Shown here: in pieces, positions 39,080-52,638 of the stretch
How positions within the stretch are numbered: position 1 is the first letter of the stretch
How the letters are laid out: the number at the start of each line of letters is the position of its first letter
NCBI RefSeq assembly: GCF_036321535.1
Contig: NC_087437.1
Location: 41,728,001-41,792,000, forward strand
Origin: Camelus dromedarius
Taxonomy: Eukaryota
DNA length: 64,000 nt
Reading direction: 5' to 3'
Notes under the pieces: model-generated
Databases searched by the model: none
What the model was told of the DNA's origin: nothing
What the model saw: the letters and a program-made list of their open reading frames with translations, nothing else
Position numbers and translations under genes: made by a program

Positions 39080-41719
39080 TAACAGCCAAGTTATCCTGCT
39101 GGACATTCAAATAAGAGGTGTCCGAGTCTGGCTTTTCCAGTTTTGGCTGTCTTATAAGTTGTAGTGTGCTCTTCTCATTTCACATAAAACAAATTACCTA
39201 AATTTGACTGACCATATCACATTCTAACCATCCCATCCCTCCCCATAAACACAGACAAACACACCACCACCACCACCACCACCATCATCACCCATTAGCT
39301 GTATGGGAGGCTGATTTAGAAAATGAAGAAACTGAGACTTATTCCTAGAATAACAGGAAAGTAAAATTCCCCAAACAACAGCTAAGCTGCTTTTCATAAT
39401 CATTCTGTTTTAATAGTGGTATTCTTTGATGGAAGAGTTTTTCACAAAACTCTAGCCTTTGCTCCTTAAGTAAAGCATTTCAGTCCTCAAAGTAGGTCAT
39501 TGTGGCTTTGAGGACAATTTAAAAACTGGCATAACCCTTGAGAAAAGTTTTGAACAGGACTCAGTGATGTATAGAAGCCTTTAAAATTTTAGCCATTTGG
39601 ATCTATGACATTTGGAAAAATAGTCTATTAAAATCTACAAGCAAATCTGGTCATTTTCATAACCTTTGGCAAAAACTAAAGACATTATTGTAAATTAACC
39701 TTTCTTTCTAACTATTAATTTACCAGAATGAATTAGCAGTTTTCATTCTTTTAGAAAAATTCAACACTTAAAACTAGAATAGAAAAACCAAGAGATTGCT
39801 GCATCAGATCAAGTAGAATCAAGCAGTACTTTTTACTTTAAAAGCTTGGTCAAAAGACAACTTATTTTGAAGAATTGTTATTGTTATATTACTACTGAAG
39901 ACAAAAACAGCCAATGTGTTCATTTCTGCAATGATTTTTTCTTCAATTTGCTTATTTGCCCAAGAATATACTAATTATCTTATTGCAAGAGACCGAGGCT
40001 CTCCGTACATCCAAAAAGTTTGTAAAACTCTCTTGTCTTTTTCTTTCTTTTCCATCTTTCTTTCTTTCTCTTTTTTTTTTTTTTTGACAACTCTCCTAAA
40101 ACACCTAAAGCTAAAGGGGGTAACTGATGTCTTCTAGGACTTTAATTGCAAGAACAGCTTTATCTCCTAGGCAGACAGACACTACACAAATGTTTGGTTT
40201 ACTCCATATCACGTAGTTAACGAGGTTCTCATAAGTTCAAGGAAAACAGATTGTAAGACTGCCAGGAGGACTTAACATTCTAAAAAGAAAAAAAAAAGAC
40301 TAATAGATAATTCTGAAGAGACTCAAATTTAAAATAACTTCAACTTAGACGTCATCCTACAGGAAAAGGTAGAGTGAGAGTTTTTAGAAAAGATGAGAAT
40401 AAATGCAAATGGCAAAGAAAGATGCTTTGTTTTTTAATTCCTATTCGATAAGGACAACCCTCCTTAGAAGATGGCCTTTGCATTGGAACTGCTCTTGTTT
40501 CTGACCTAATGGTCCAATCTTACTATTCCAGATGGTTCAAACTACAGGGAAACCTGATGAAAATAGCCCTTTCATCTGACTTCCATGTTTCAGGTGAACG
40601 CCAAGTGTATCTTTCAACTAAGCTCTGAAAACACAGCCCATCTGCAAGCTGTGCGGGCTCTTTTCTGGGCTCTGTCCTTGCCCTGCCACCAGGAAAAGAA
40701 GGTGATGAAGAGTCTTAACATGCCCGGCGTGAGTAGACAGCCCGCTCGCTTTTGCTGACTTACCAGCGGGCTTTGTTTGTGAGGAAGTTGCCAGACTGAC
40801 ATTTACAGCTCTCCAGGCAAGTGTGAGCCAAAAGAAGAGGTTCTGAATCTCAAAGCTGTTTACCAGCTGCTGGAAAAGGTCAGCTTTGGGCACCCAAAAT
40901 CCATACAAAATCCAAAGGTATTAGAGCCGTCTCTCCTCCTTTTCTCCTGTCAAGCTGTAAAACACAAAAGCCGCACAAGAGCTGCAGTATGTTGCCCAAC
41001 TAAACTAAGGCATGAGGAAGAAATTACATGTACTTCTGTGAGAGATGGAGTCTTAAAAGACTAGTTCTTTGCTCAGATCCCATGAGTTGAATTGCTTAAA
41101 AGCAGACATTGTGGTTACGATTCTCGCCATGTGGTGTTTGCTGAGTTCTCACTGGATGTCCTAAAACACTTAAGCCTAGAGGGTTTAGGATGTCTTTGGA
41201 GGCCATAATTTGGAGAGAACAACTTTATCTTTGTGGGAGACGCAGGACACAATACAAATGTTTGTTGGATTCTGTCTCCCTTCCTTGACAAGAAGCTTAT
41301 CAAACAGTTCTCAAGGAAATTGTATGGGAAAGTAAATGATTTCATAGAGAAAAATGATTGTGGTTTAGAATTCTAAGGCTAGAGATTCAGTCAGTTGACT
41401 CTCTTGGTTTACGGGGACTGGAAGGCAAGTTGGAACATAGTTCATCAAAAGTCAATAAGGTACAGATGATAGTCCTTGACGTGGAACTTGCAGGGAGACG
41501 CCAAGAAATTTCAGATGTGGATTTGTTACAATGGTAGAGGGGTAAACATTCCAGGAAAATGGGAAAGAAGTGGAAAGAAAGGTCAATGGTTACCTAGCAG
41601 GGGATTTTTTAATCCAAGGACTATTCTTTATGTTGGAGAATTTTCTCATATTAAAGGGACTGCTTGAGCCATAAGTAGTTAGATGGGATAATCACAATAG
41701 TAGAATTTTCAAACTGACA

Positions 41720-42190
41720 GGAATGTAGCAATATTCATAAACCATACATGGATCATCTCGTCTCTGCTTAAAATCCTCCAGGGGCTTCCAACTGCTTTTC
41801 AAATGAAACCCATGGCCTGGCCTTCCCATGCCAATATGTCCCTGCAGCACTGCCCCACAGGGCAGCCTCTCCATTCTCATCTCCACCAGCTCTCCCCAGC
41901 ACCCTCTCTGCCATCAGTCTTTATGGGCATCTTGCCAGGCTCAGGGTCTTTGTCTATCTGTCTTTGCTTCTTTGGCCTGAGTGCTCTTTGATGGACCCAG
42001 CATCTCTGATGGACCCACCATCATTTGTAATGATTTCATTTAGTTGTTTATTTGTGTTCGGTCTACTTCCACTACACAATAAGCATCGTAAACTTAAAGA
42101 CCATGTCTCCCTTGTTCCCTGTTTAATTACCAGGATCCACCACAATACCTGACTGGTAGATGCTACACAAAAATTTGTTAAACCAAAGGA
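41720..42190. mobile_element. L2 LINE fragment
   Basis: gatcatctcgtctctgcttaaaatcctccaggggcttcc... Confidence 0.55.
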
Positions 42191-43184
42191 AACAAATGAA
42201 GGGACTGAGGTCAAAAAAAAGTAATTTCCTGGAGCTCTCCCAAAACATTAATAGCAGACCTGGGCCAAGAACTCAGGTTTCCTGAGAAATCCTGGTTTCC
42301 AAGGGTAGCTGGAATATTCTCAAGTAAGACTTTCCATTGACATTTATACAAGAGTTGACATTTATGTTTTCGAAGAGATCATTTGAGAGAAGTTTTGAAG
42401 AGGAGACTGAGTAAAGCCAACTGCCCTAAGGGTGTTTGGAGGGTGAGCTGGGTTGGATATTGTCACCTTTTCTCCTTGACTGTGTCCCACCACCTCCCAC
42501 ACCCACCTCCAGGCTTCCCTCCTACCTCTTCTCCCAGAACTACTCCTCAAATGCTGTGGTTACTGGTCCTCACTCTCTGGTTTTCCTTCTTTTCTTATTT
42601 CTAGCACATACTCTACCCTACCTTTTGGAATGTCCTATCTATGCCCCAGCACCATTGCTTTGAGGTGGAATTGCAACTTTTAATTTCCAGTGCTTATTTG
42701 GGGGGAGGGGGGAGGAAGCACGATGGAAGGAAGGGGCACAGTGACTAAACAGCATTCTGTTGTCAGCCTAGGTATGAAGTCAGCCATTTATTAGATGGTA
42801 TCTTATGTTAGGAAGACAATGAGCCTATATCAGTGTCAGGAAGAGGAAGATACTTTACTTACTTACTTTTCTGTTAATATTTTAAAGGAAATCTCAGTGC
42901 TGATTTTGTTAACTCCCCTGAGAACCTTTGGTAGCACAGAGGGTGTTACAAAATCTAAAGACTCAAAAAGCTAAATCACTTAAACTAATAAACATGTCAC
43001 ACAATACTTTGTGGGGCCTGGGGAAGAACAATATCATGAAATCAAGCAATGATCAGCTTTTAAAACTCCCCAGAGGACAGTCATCACAGGCTAAGTGATT
43101 TGTTACTAGTGTTACTTTTTTTTAACCTCATCTTTCCTCCATAATCATCCTGTTTATGCTCATACACCCCTTAACAGACAATAA

Positions 43185-43360
43185 TAATACTCATAATAGC
43201 TACCCTTTACTGAGGGCCTACTATGTACCAGGTACTTTGTCTCTAATCCTTACAACAACCTTAATAGGTAGGTATGGTTATCAATGTTTCAAACGGGAAA
43301 ACTAACACTTAAGAGAAGTTAAGTATATTGCACAAGGTCATATAGCTAGTAAGATCTGTC
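43185..43360. mobile_element. MIR SINE
   Basis: atagctaccctttactgagggcctactatgtaccaggtac...taatccttacaacaacc...caaggtcatatagctagtaag. Confidence 0.75.
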
Positions 43361-45304
43361 AGATACTCCATGCCTTACCTAACCTCAGTTGCTGTCCTCC
43401 AGGGTGGCTGGGGGAGGACTTCAGTCCTGGCTCACACATCCAATCTTCATCAGCCCAAATACACAATCTAAAGAAGGAAAATCCTTGTGTTTGCTGTGCA
43501 GACTCTGCTTTGGGATAATTTGCTTGATCTCCTCATCCCACTTCTAATCAGTGTGCCACATCTGAGGTCATTCTGCACAGGACTTGTAGAAATGACATTG
43601 CTTTGCATTATGCTCTATTACATGCAAACAAAATTAAGTGCCATGGAAATTTGAATGTGAACCATTGGGTTCAAAGTCTAGGGTACTAGATATTGCATCA
43701 TAGCCAGAAAACTATTTTTTAAACAGCAAAGGGGTTTTTTGTTGTTGTTGTTGTTTTGTTTTTACTTATTTTCTCCAGTTCTCTGTGTATCCAAAATGCT
43801 TTTAGTTAATGTCATCTATATAAATATAAACTGCATTCGGACACAGGGTACAAAATCAGTCTTTCACAAAGCATCACACTCTTGGGAAGCCTATAACTAT
43901 AGAACTTCTTTGTTCAACGTAAATAGGGATAGAAACCAAATAAAACATGTCTAATTTATACTCATATCTCTAAAGTCTTATTGTTGGCAGCAATAAGAAG
44001 CAGCTGAGGGTCCTAAAGTCATTTTGACACAAAGCTTCTCTCCTGCCATCCTCTCTGTGAAGCCAGCCCCATTATAGCTAATTTAACTATCCCTCACGAC
44101 CAAAAGAATGCAACAAATCCCACCCCGTCATGGAATTTAAGCAATATATTACTATCCAAGAATTTAAAATGATAATTTTAAAGACTGTGATAATATTTGG
44201 TATGCTTATGGCCAATTTAAAAAGTAGAAAAAATTTTATTTATGTTGTTGTGTCAAAAGAGCATTTTTGAGACATTAACAATTTTTCTCAGTATTTCCTT
44301 TTCTGCCTTGACCCTTCCCTCTGTTTAAACACAAGATTGGACCTTATTCATCTCAGGAAAGAGATCAAGAGAGCATCAAGCAGAGAAAAGGAGTCTTTCA
44401 GATTTCTGAGTCTAATTCCTTCAGAGAACTGAAAAGATCCAGACAGGAAAAAGATTAGGAAAGAAGCATTGGAGGAGAAGCAGAGAGCGGAGACACTGCT
44501 AGCTAGTGTCTTTACTCCACAGGCTGAGCTCTGGAGAGGAGGCAAGACCCCAGAGAAGAAATGGTGGCATGGTAAATGGCTGAGAGCCCTGTAGAGTTCC
44601 CCAGCCCTGGCATGGCGTGAGGGTTAAACAATGATCGCCCCGCACCCACAAATGGCACAGAGAGAGCCATGAAGTCAGAAGGGTCCACGTGGGTTGTTAT
44701 AATGGAGGTCTATTCAGTGGCTGGCATTTAACGATGCTCAAGGAACAATCAGGGTGATGTACATCTCAACACATGCTAGTCTGGCTAGATGACACTGAGG
44801 ATTCCTAGCAAGCCTCCTAGAACAAAGATATGACCCAGGAAAAGGCAAGAAGTATGGCAAATTGACTGAAATTATGTTTCCATCACATCCAGAAGAATGG
44901 GATTGGAAACCGAAATGAATCTATTGAGTCAGAGGAAACTGGGAAAAGTTATGTATTTTGATCTTTTGCATTTAAGGACTAAATTTCATACCTTCTAACC
45001 TGTGATTAAAACCAGAAGTGAGATATGTGAAGTAACATTAAAAAACGAGAAAACTTGTCATGATTTTTCTGAACCTTTGCTTCTTCATGACTTCAAAGGG
45101 GGATAATAAAAATGTCTATAGCTGAAAATTAGTATGCACATAAAGAAATAATAAATTACTATAAATGACACTAAAGTAATTATGTCTTAGGTTGTTAGAT
45201 TGTGAATTTTTCTTTCCTTTCATTTCTATTTCCTGTGTTTATAAGGTTTGTTGTTCTTGTTTTAAGAAATAAAGATGAAAAGAAAGGAAGGAGTATAAAT
45301 GAAT

Positions 45305-45590
45305 GTACATGCAAAACGGAAACAGAGTCAGATATAGAAAACAAACTAGTGGTTACCAAAGGGGACATGGAAGGGGAGCAAATTAGGGGTATGGGATTCA
45401 GAGATAAAAACTGCTCTGTAGACAACAGATAAGCAACAGGATATATTATATAGCACAGAGAATTACAGCCATTATCTTGTAATAACTTTGAATGGAGTGT
45501 AATCTCCAAAACTACTGAATCATTATGCTGTACACCTGAAACTAATATAATATTGTGAATTAACTGTATTTTAATTTTTTAAAAAAAAGG
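45305..45590 (+). mobile_element. L1 3' end (artiodactyl type)
   Basis: gaaacagagtcagatatagaaaacaaactagtggttaccaaaggg...tatagcacagagaatt...tgctgtacacctgaaactaatataatattg. Confidence 0.85.
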
Positions 45591-46977
45591 AGAAAGAGGA
45601 GACAGAAAAGAAAGGAAAGAAAAAAGAACTAAGGAAAGAAAAACTTTTAAGTAATATTGTGTAGCTAGAACATGGGGCCAGTGAAGATGAAGTGGGCAAT
45701 GTGGTTGGGGAGAATTTTAGAGGGCCTTAAATCTCTGACCAAGATATTTAAACTGTATCTTGTCATCAAGGAAGAGCCACAAAAGTTTTAAAATATGGGA
45801 GTAACATGACCAAATCTGTTTAAAAACAACACTTTGGTAGTTTAGGGGTGGGATTCCTAGGATCAGAGGCGGGGAAATTAATTCCCAGGCTATAGCAATA
45901 ATCTAGATAAAATCATGGAGCAACAGGCAGTGGTGGCAAGAATAGAATTTCAAGGGTGGATTAAAGAGCTAGTTAGGAGGCAGCAATTTAGTGAACAATT
46001 GGTTCTGGGGGTGAAAAAAAATCATCTCTGGTAATGGTACTGAGATGGAATATCTGAGATACGGAATCTTCAGCCTTGTCTTGAAGGAGCGGGGTTTGAA
46101 GAGGAGGTTGAACAGTTCGGGTAGTTATTTCGGAAGTGGACAGAACTGAAGACTGCTAAGGAATGCTGGTCACTTTAGCGACTGCAAAGTTAGCAACTTC
46201 AGACCACAGATACAGGTATCCTGTCTTGCGGTTCTTGGCCTCCCACTGTCCTTCTCTAAGCTGCCTGACAGATGATGGGAAATGCCTGCAACCAGAGCAA
46301 AAATAAAGCACTGAAGCTTCCAGACCCTCAATGGTGGAGCTTTGGGGATTTGGGAACACAATCCTGACACAGGAAGGAAAAGCTGAGTCAAGAGCTCCTG
46401 CCTCCACTTCCAGGAGCTTCATCCTCTTGCAGTTTCTCCTTGCACCACGTTCTAGCCCGTGGAGCCAGCTGTGCCCGAGAATAGCCACAGAGAGCTTCCT
46501 ATTTTGCTCAAGCAGAAACGAGGCCAGTGTGTTTGAACCGGATTTTATTAAAGACTTGGGGATTACAAAAGGTAAATACATTAGGAGAACAACATGAATC
46601 CCCCAAATTCATTAGATACAGCCCCCTCTCTAAATCACACAGCCCATCTCATCCTCATGAGCCCCAAGAAAGATACGGGAATTGCCCCTCCCTCCCCGCG
46701 CCCTCCTTCCTTAGCCTCAAACTCCTTTCTCTTTGTAGAAGCCATCTCTAACTCCCACCACGCCAGCATCACAGCATTCTGGATGAAGGAATTGTATACT
46801 GGTTTATAGTTTTGTTAATAGCTGTCCTCAGTCCCCAGGAATCCAAAAAAAAAAAAAAAAAAAGTTGTATCATTTTTATTATACTTTAAGTTTTGAAGTA
46901 ATGAAACAACCTTAAAGAAGGCTTAACATTTAGAAAAGATTTTTTAATTGCTTATACTTTTAAAAAACTTCAGAAAA

Positions 46978-47569
46978 TATTACTGAACTCTTCTGAGATG
47001 GTTCACAACAAAGGTCCTCCTGTCCAATGTTGATGGAGCCAACAGAATGAGACTGAGTTTGGTTCAGAAGCAAAGGAAAGTTTTATTCGTTGATGAGAGA
47101 ACGGACTGGTGCGAACTAGTGGGCTCTACGCCGCCGCTCTTCCTCCACCTCGTGCCCACAAGCTGTGGGCGGGGCTACCTTATAGGGATCTTCAACACGG
47201 AGCCGAAGGAGTTCCCGAAGGGCAGAGATCTCGCGGGACAGAGTTCCCACCGCGCAGGCGCAGCTGTGCTGTTCTCGGCCACAGATCGCACTGCCGGGCA
47301 CGTCTCTGCACACAGCCCACCGCCGGCATCTTGAATTGCGGAATCAGCCACAGCACTTGTGCACATATCGCCCCGAGCTGAGGTGTGGCACGCAGACTTT
47401 TCCTATGGGGTTCTCTGTCTGAAGGGCCGGGTCCAAGGCCCTTGAGTGGCACCCTAGCAAGTAAAAGCAGACTAAGCACCAAGGAAAAGGAAAAAAAAGG
47501 TTAGACTTTTTTATTACCCAGATTCTATTTTTATTCCCTGGGAATTATTAATAGGCTTTGCCGGTGACA
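46978..47569 (-). mobile_element. CpG-rich ERV1-type solo LTR (~590 bp)
   Basis: The minus strand starts TGTCACCGG and ends TCAGTAATA (degenerate TG...CA inverted termini). AAAA on both flanks (46974-46977, 47570-47573). Minus-strand TATA-like CTATAA (47180-47185) precedes AATAAA (47082-47087), in U3-R-U5 order. Confidence 0.75.
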
Positions 47570-50500
47570 AAAAGCTTTAATGTTTTTGTATAATCCCTCT
47601 AATGCTTATATTTTTTATATAGTTTTGATTATACTGTACCTGTTTCTTGTTATATTTGTTATAGCATAGCCGTGTTTTCATGTTGGTTTCTATATCCTTT
47701 ATTTTATCTTTTTAAATGATTCCTAAAGTTGCATAATTATATTACTATTTCTATAATTGGGGCTATTAGATTGCTTCCATTATGAAATAATTTTAACTCA
47801 TTTTTTCTGATTATATAAACATACTAATTGTAGAAAATTTGGAATATAAGAAAAATAGTAAAAATCCCCTATCCATGAAATTATGACCATAGACGTACAC
47901 ATTTGATTTCAGTTTTTTTCATTTAGCCTTATACGGTTGTGTGGTATATCCGGTTATAAGGATTTGACCTAACATGGTTATTTGTCATACAGGAAATGAG
48001 TTCTAAGGTTATGACAAGTCATTTGATCCTGTTGAGGTTCTCGTCTCAGCACAAAGTCCCAGGCTCTCCTTCCCCACACTGAGGTCAGCCCAGATCCCAG
48101 CTTCTAGATGGTACTGCTGCCACCAGCAGCCCCCGGGCAGCCCTGTCCTCCCAGAGCTCTGCTCATCCAAGCTGCAGCTCTTATTCCCTCGTTTTCTTTT
48201 CTTCCTTTCTTTGGAAGAAACAAGTTCTTGCAGACTTCTGCCCCTCTTGTGAGACCAGCAGACTCTCCAAAAATGTGTCCTCTCCAGGGCTGGTTGTCCG
48301 GCATTGAGGTGTTTCCCAGGAGCCCCTAGTCTGCAGTGCCCAGAATGCTCGAAGCAGAAATTGGTAGTTTTCTTTACAGCCCGGGTCTAAAGTGCAGAGA
48401 ACAGACTGATGAAAGAAAAAAAAACCTTGGTATATTATTTTTTACATTGCTGAGTGTTTTATAATTGCTTTACTCAGCAAGCCTGGGAAATATGTAAGTA
48501 GTCATCAATTTCACAGATGTGGGAATTAAGGTTCAGAGAGGTTAAATGACTTGCCTTAAATAGTCACAAAATTATATCATTAGACAGTCAAATGAGAACT
48601 CTCTTTCCTATCAAAATTACACTCTTCTTAGGGTAAAAATAAATGATACTGTAATAAAGAAAGTACATGTGTTGGCCTAATAAGGGGTTGGGGGGGGGCA
48701 AAATAGCAGGGAGAACAGGGTGAAAGGAGAGTGGAAGGGCATAGTGAGATTCCAACAAAAGCCACAGATTGTAGGGAAAAAAAATTTGTACCCTGATGCT
48801 TTAAAAATGCTTGTTTGTATGTATGTTTAGGGAGCAGAGGGAGAGAGGGAGCAGTGCTTAGTTTGAGCCACACATTTGCCAATTGGCTCACCTTTCTTGT
48901 AAGAACAGAATGGAGTTTTTCTTCTTGCCCCTCACTTCAGGGACATTTTCAGTTTTGCATTTGGAGATACAGAATTTATGTCTCATATCAGATTAGTGTC
49001 AGTGCCCACTACAACCAGCATCTTCACTATGCTCCTCATTGTTCCTCCAGACCATGCCATGGTCGTCTGCCCACCCTAGTGCCTGGCACTGCCACAAACT
49101 CCTGGACAACCATCTCCCCCAGCCCACCCCAAATCACGCTGCCACCACCACACTGGAGAGGCGGGGTGAGAAGGCTACATTTCCTTCACCGCCTCAACCC
49201 TCAGGTTCTCATAGCATCGTTGAGCAAGGCTGTGGGGTGTAGCACGCTCTAGCCAAGGTTTGAGGTTGATCAGAGGCAATGTCTCTTGGTGACTGAAGGG
49301 CCAGACGGGAAGACTTCCTTTCACTATATAGCCTTTGTGTAGCCTTTCAGTTGTGTATTCGTTGTTTATTACCTAGCCACAAATAAAAACTAAGATAAAG
49401 CCATGAATACTATATATATATATCTGTTTCCAGAGTCCAAGTAAAGGAAACCTCTGGTGGAGTCCACTCATGGGCGTGTGTCGGTTCTGTGCCTGGCTTT
49501 TTTGTCTTGGGATCACCTCCCTTACTCACCCACTCTTGGCTAGTAAAAGTCACAGTTCAGTTCTTCACAATGAGAATCTCCATTCATTGAAAGAAACCCT
49601 AGCCTCCTGACCACATCATATGTCTTGACCAACAACAATCCATAGGACACAATACTCAGCAGGAGTCTAGTTCTCAAAATCTGAATAATTTCACCTAGAG
49701 TAACCATTACAGAATTGTCGTCTAGAACAACAGTAGTCCAGGATGGCCTTTGCCAATCCATTTCCCAATATTTTCAGAGGTCCCTCTGGCAGGTGAAGGG
49801 AAGACATGACTCCTCACTCTCTTTGTGGTCTCCTGATCTTGACTCTGGGTGCCCTGTGGGTAACACACACACCCACACAATTCTGAAAGACAAGTAATAA
49901 TTCTTAGAGATTATTTTGTCTAACGTAAGTCATATGAAATGGAAAAAAACCTTCCTAAATGCTCTGACGGTCTAGGGAGCGTTACCTTGAAATAAACCCT
50001 GAAAATAGACCTTTATCTTATTATCCAGTGTCATTATTTTTTCCTTTCTTTAATCTCCAGCTTCTAGGCTGTGGCCTAAAGCTTTACAGGTGACAAAGAC
50101 ACTGCCCACTACCAGTCTTGCTCAAACGGAAGACCCATTCACCCCTGGTCTTTATTCTTAACTACTTAAAAAACAAACAGAAAACCGACAGACATGTTGA
50201 ATTCACAGATTTACACTTAGGCCAACTTTAATTTTCAGGCAGGGAATTCTATCACACCAACTATCTCTGTAAGTGGAATGGGATCTGTAAAACAATTACT
50301 TACCTCCACCCTGCCCGGCACCCAGAGAGAGCTCCTAGCAACCATGTTTTGGGATTTTTTTGTTTGTTTTCATTTTTACATTTCCATTTCTTTACATGAT
50401 GTAATGTAAGCTTAGGCCTATTATAGAGAATAAGTATGAAAAAGATCATTTAAAAGGCGAACGGTCAGGTGTTAGCATTGCTGAGTATATCCTTCTGGTT

Positions 50501-51742
50501 TTTAATTTTCCTATACCACTTTTAAATAAAATTGGAATTCTACTGCATAGGTTATTGCAGAGAGAAAGTTCCTGGATGCTTTTCTGCACTACCACTCTTG
50601 GTGCCCACTTTTACTTTAATTTATGTGTAATTTACATATCATAAAATTTACCTTTTTAAAGTATAAAATTCAGTGGGTTTTAGTGAATTCACAAACTTGT
50701 ACAACCATCACCACTATCTAATTCCAGAATATTTTTATTATCCAAAAAGAAATTCCATGCTCCTCAGCAGTTCCTCCCCAATTCCCTCTACCCTCAGCCA
50801 GGGGCAACTACTAAGCTACTTTCAGTCTCTTTGGATTTATCTATTTTGAAAATTTTATATAAATGGAGTTTATATAATATATGGCCTCTTATGACTGGCT
50901 TATTTCACTTACCCTAATATTTTCAAGGTCCAACTATATTGTAGCATTTATCAGTACTTTATTCCTTTAAATGACTGAATAATATTCTTCTGATACATTA
51001 CATTTTGTTTATCCATTCATTAGCTGATAAACATTTGAGTTGTTTTCAGTGTGGGGCTATTATGAATAATGCTACTATGAACATCTGTGTACAAGTGCAT
51101 ATATGTTTTCATTTCTCTTGGGTATATACCTATGAGTAGAATTAATAGATCATATTGTAACTCTATGTCTAAACATTTAAAGAATGGCCAAGCTGTTTTC
51201 CTAAGTAGCCACACCATTTTAAAGTCCCAGCAACAGTGTATGAAGATTCCAGCTTCTCTGCATCCTTTTCAACACTTATAATTGTCTGTCTGTTTAATAT
51301 AGCCATCCTGCAGGTATGAAGTGGTATCGTGTGGGTTTGATTTGCATTCCCTGTTGGCTAATGATAAGCATTTTTTCACATGCTTGCTGACCATTGATAT
51401 AATCTTCTTTGGAGACCTATGTATTCAGATACTGTACTCATTTTTTAATCAGGTTATTTGTTACTTTTTATTGTTGAGTTGTAAGAGTTCTTTATATATT
51501 CTGGACACTGGACTTTTATCAGATACATGATTTGCAAATAATTTCTCCTGTTTTGTGTTTTGTCTTTTCACTTTCTTGATAACGTCCTTTGAAGCACTGA
51601 AGTTTTCTTTTTCGATGAAGTTCTATTTTTTTAGGTAGTTTGTGCCTTTTTGTGGCATAATCAAAGGTCACAAAGATTTACACCTATGATTTCTAGTAAA
51701 TTTTATAGTGTTGGTTCTTTCATTTCGGTTTTTAATCCATTT

Positions 51743-51925
51743 CTTAAAAACAGCTTTAATGAGGTACAATTGATTAATACAAAAAACTGCTGTTATTTAA
51801 TGTATATAATTTTATAAGTTTTGGATATAAGCATACACCCAAGAAACCCTCACCACAATCAAGGTAATAGGCATGTCCATCACCTCTAGACGTTTCTTTG
51901 AGTTCCTTTGTTTGTTTGTTTTTTC
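51743..51925 (-). mobile_element. Nested L1 3'-end fragment inside the L1M
   Basis: Perfect 12-bp TSD tttaatccattt at 51731-51742 and 51926-51937. Body cagctttaatgaggtacaattga...caccacaatcaaggtaat. Confidence 0.75.
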
Positions 51926-52419
51926 TTTAATCCATTTTGAGTTAATTTTCGTATTTGGTGCAAGGCAGAAATCCAATCTCATTCTTTTACATGTGGATTT
52001 TTAATTATCCCAGCACCATCTTTTGAAAAGATTTTTCCTTGCCTGTTGAATTATCTTGGATCCTACTAAAAAATTAATTGACCATAAATACAAAGACTTA
52101 TTTCCAAATTTTCAGTTTTATCTCATTGATTTATATATCTGCCTTTATGCTAGTACCGTCTAGCTTTTTCAGAAAAAAAAAAAAGACAGCTGGGAATTTG
52201 ATAAGGACTACACTGAATCTACAGATCAGTTTGGACATTATTGCCATAATGACTTTAAGTTTTCTAATCCAGGAACGCAAGATAATTTTCCATTTATTTG
52301 TACCTTCTTTAATTCTTTCAGTGATGTTTTGTAGTTTTCAGCACACAGGTATTTACTTCTTTTGTTAACTTCAACCCTAAGTATTTTATTGTGTCTGATG
52401 CTATTATACATGGAATTCT

Positions 52420-52638
52420 TTTCTTTTTTTTTAAACAATTTTTATTGATTTATAATTATTTTACAATGTTGTGTCAAATTCCAGTGTTCAGCACAATTTT
52501 TCAGTCATACATGGACATGTACACACTCATTGTCACATTTTTTTTCTCTGTGAGCTACCATAAGACCTTGTGTATATTTCCCTGTGCTATACAGTATAAT
52601 CTTGTTTATCTATTCTACAATTTTTAAATTGTAGAATA
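52420..52638 (-). mobile_element. Nested younger (camelid-type) L1 3' end
   Basis: T-tail plus ttttacaatgttgtgtcaaattccagtg...ttccctgtgctatacagtataatcttgtttatctattct. Near-perfect TSD ata(c/t)atggaatt(c/a)ttttctt on both sides. Confidence 0.82.

Noticed and set aside
46156..46581. 141-aa minus-strand ORF (likewise 48815-49252 and 59465-59914)
   Set aside because: No recognisable domain, and lengths are compatible with chance. The last overlaps decayed L1-like sequence.
47028..47478. Alternative shorter LTR boundaries (TG...CA flanked by CCAA)
   Set aside because: Possible, but the wider boundaries give mutually similar inverted termini and coincide with the shift to AT-rich flanks. A consensus alignment is needed to settle it.
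47047..47482. Five overlapping ORFs on both strands
   Set aside because: A by-product of high GC content inside the solo LTR; no gag/pol/env similarity.
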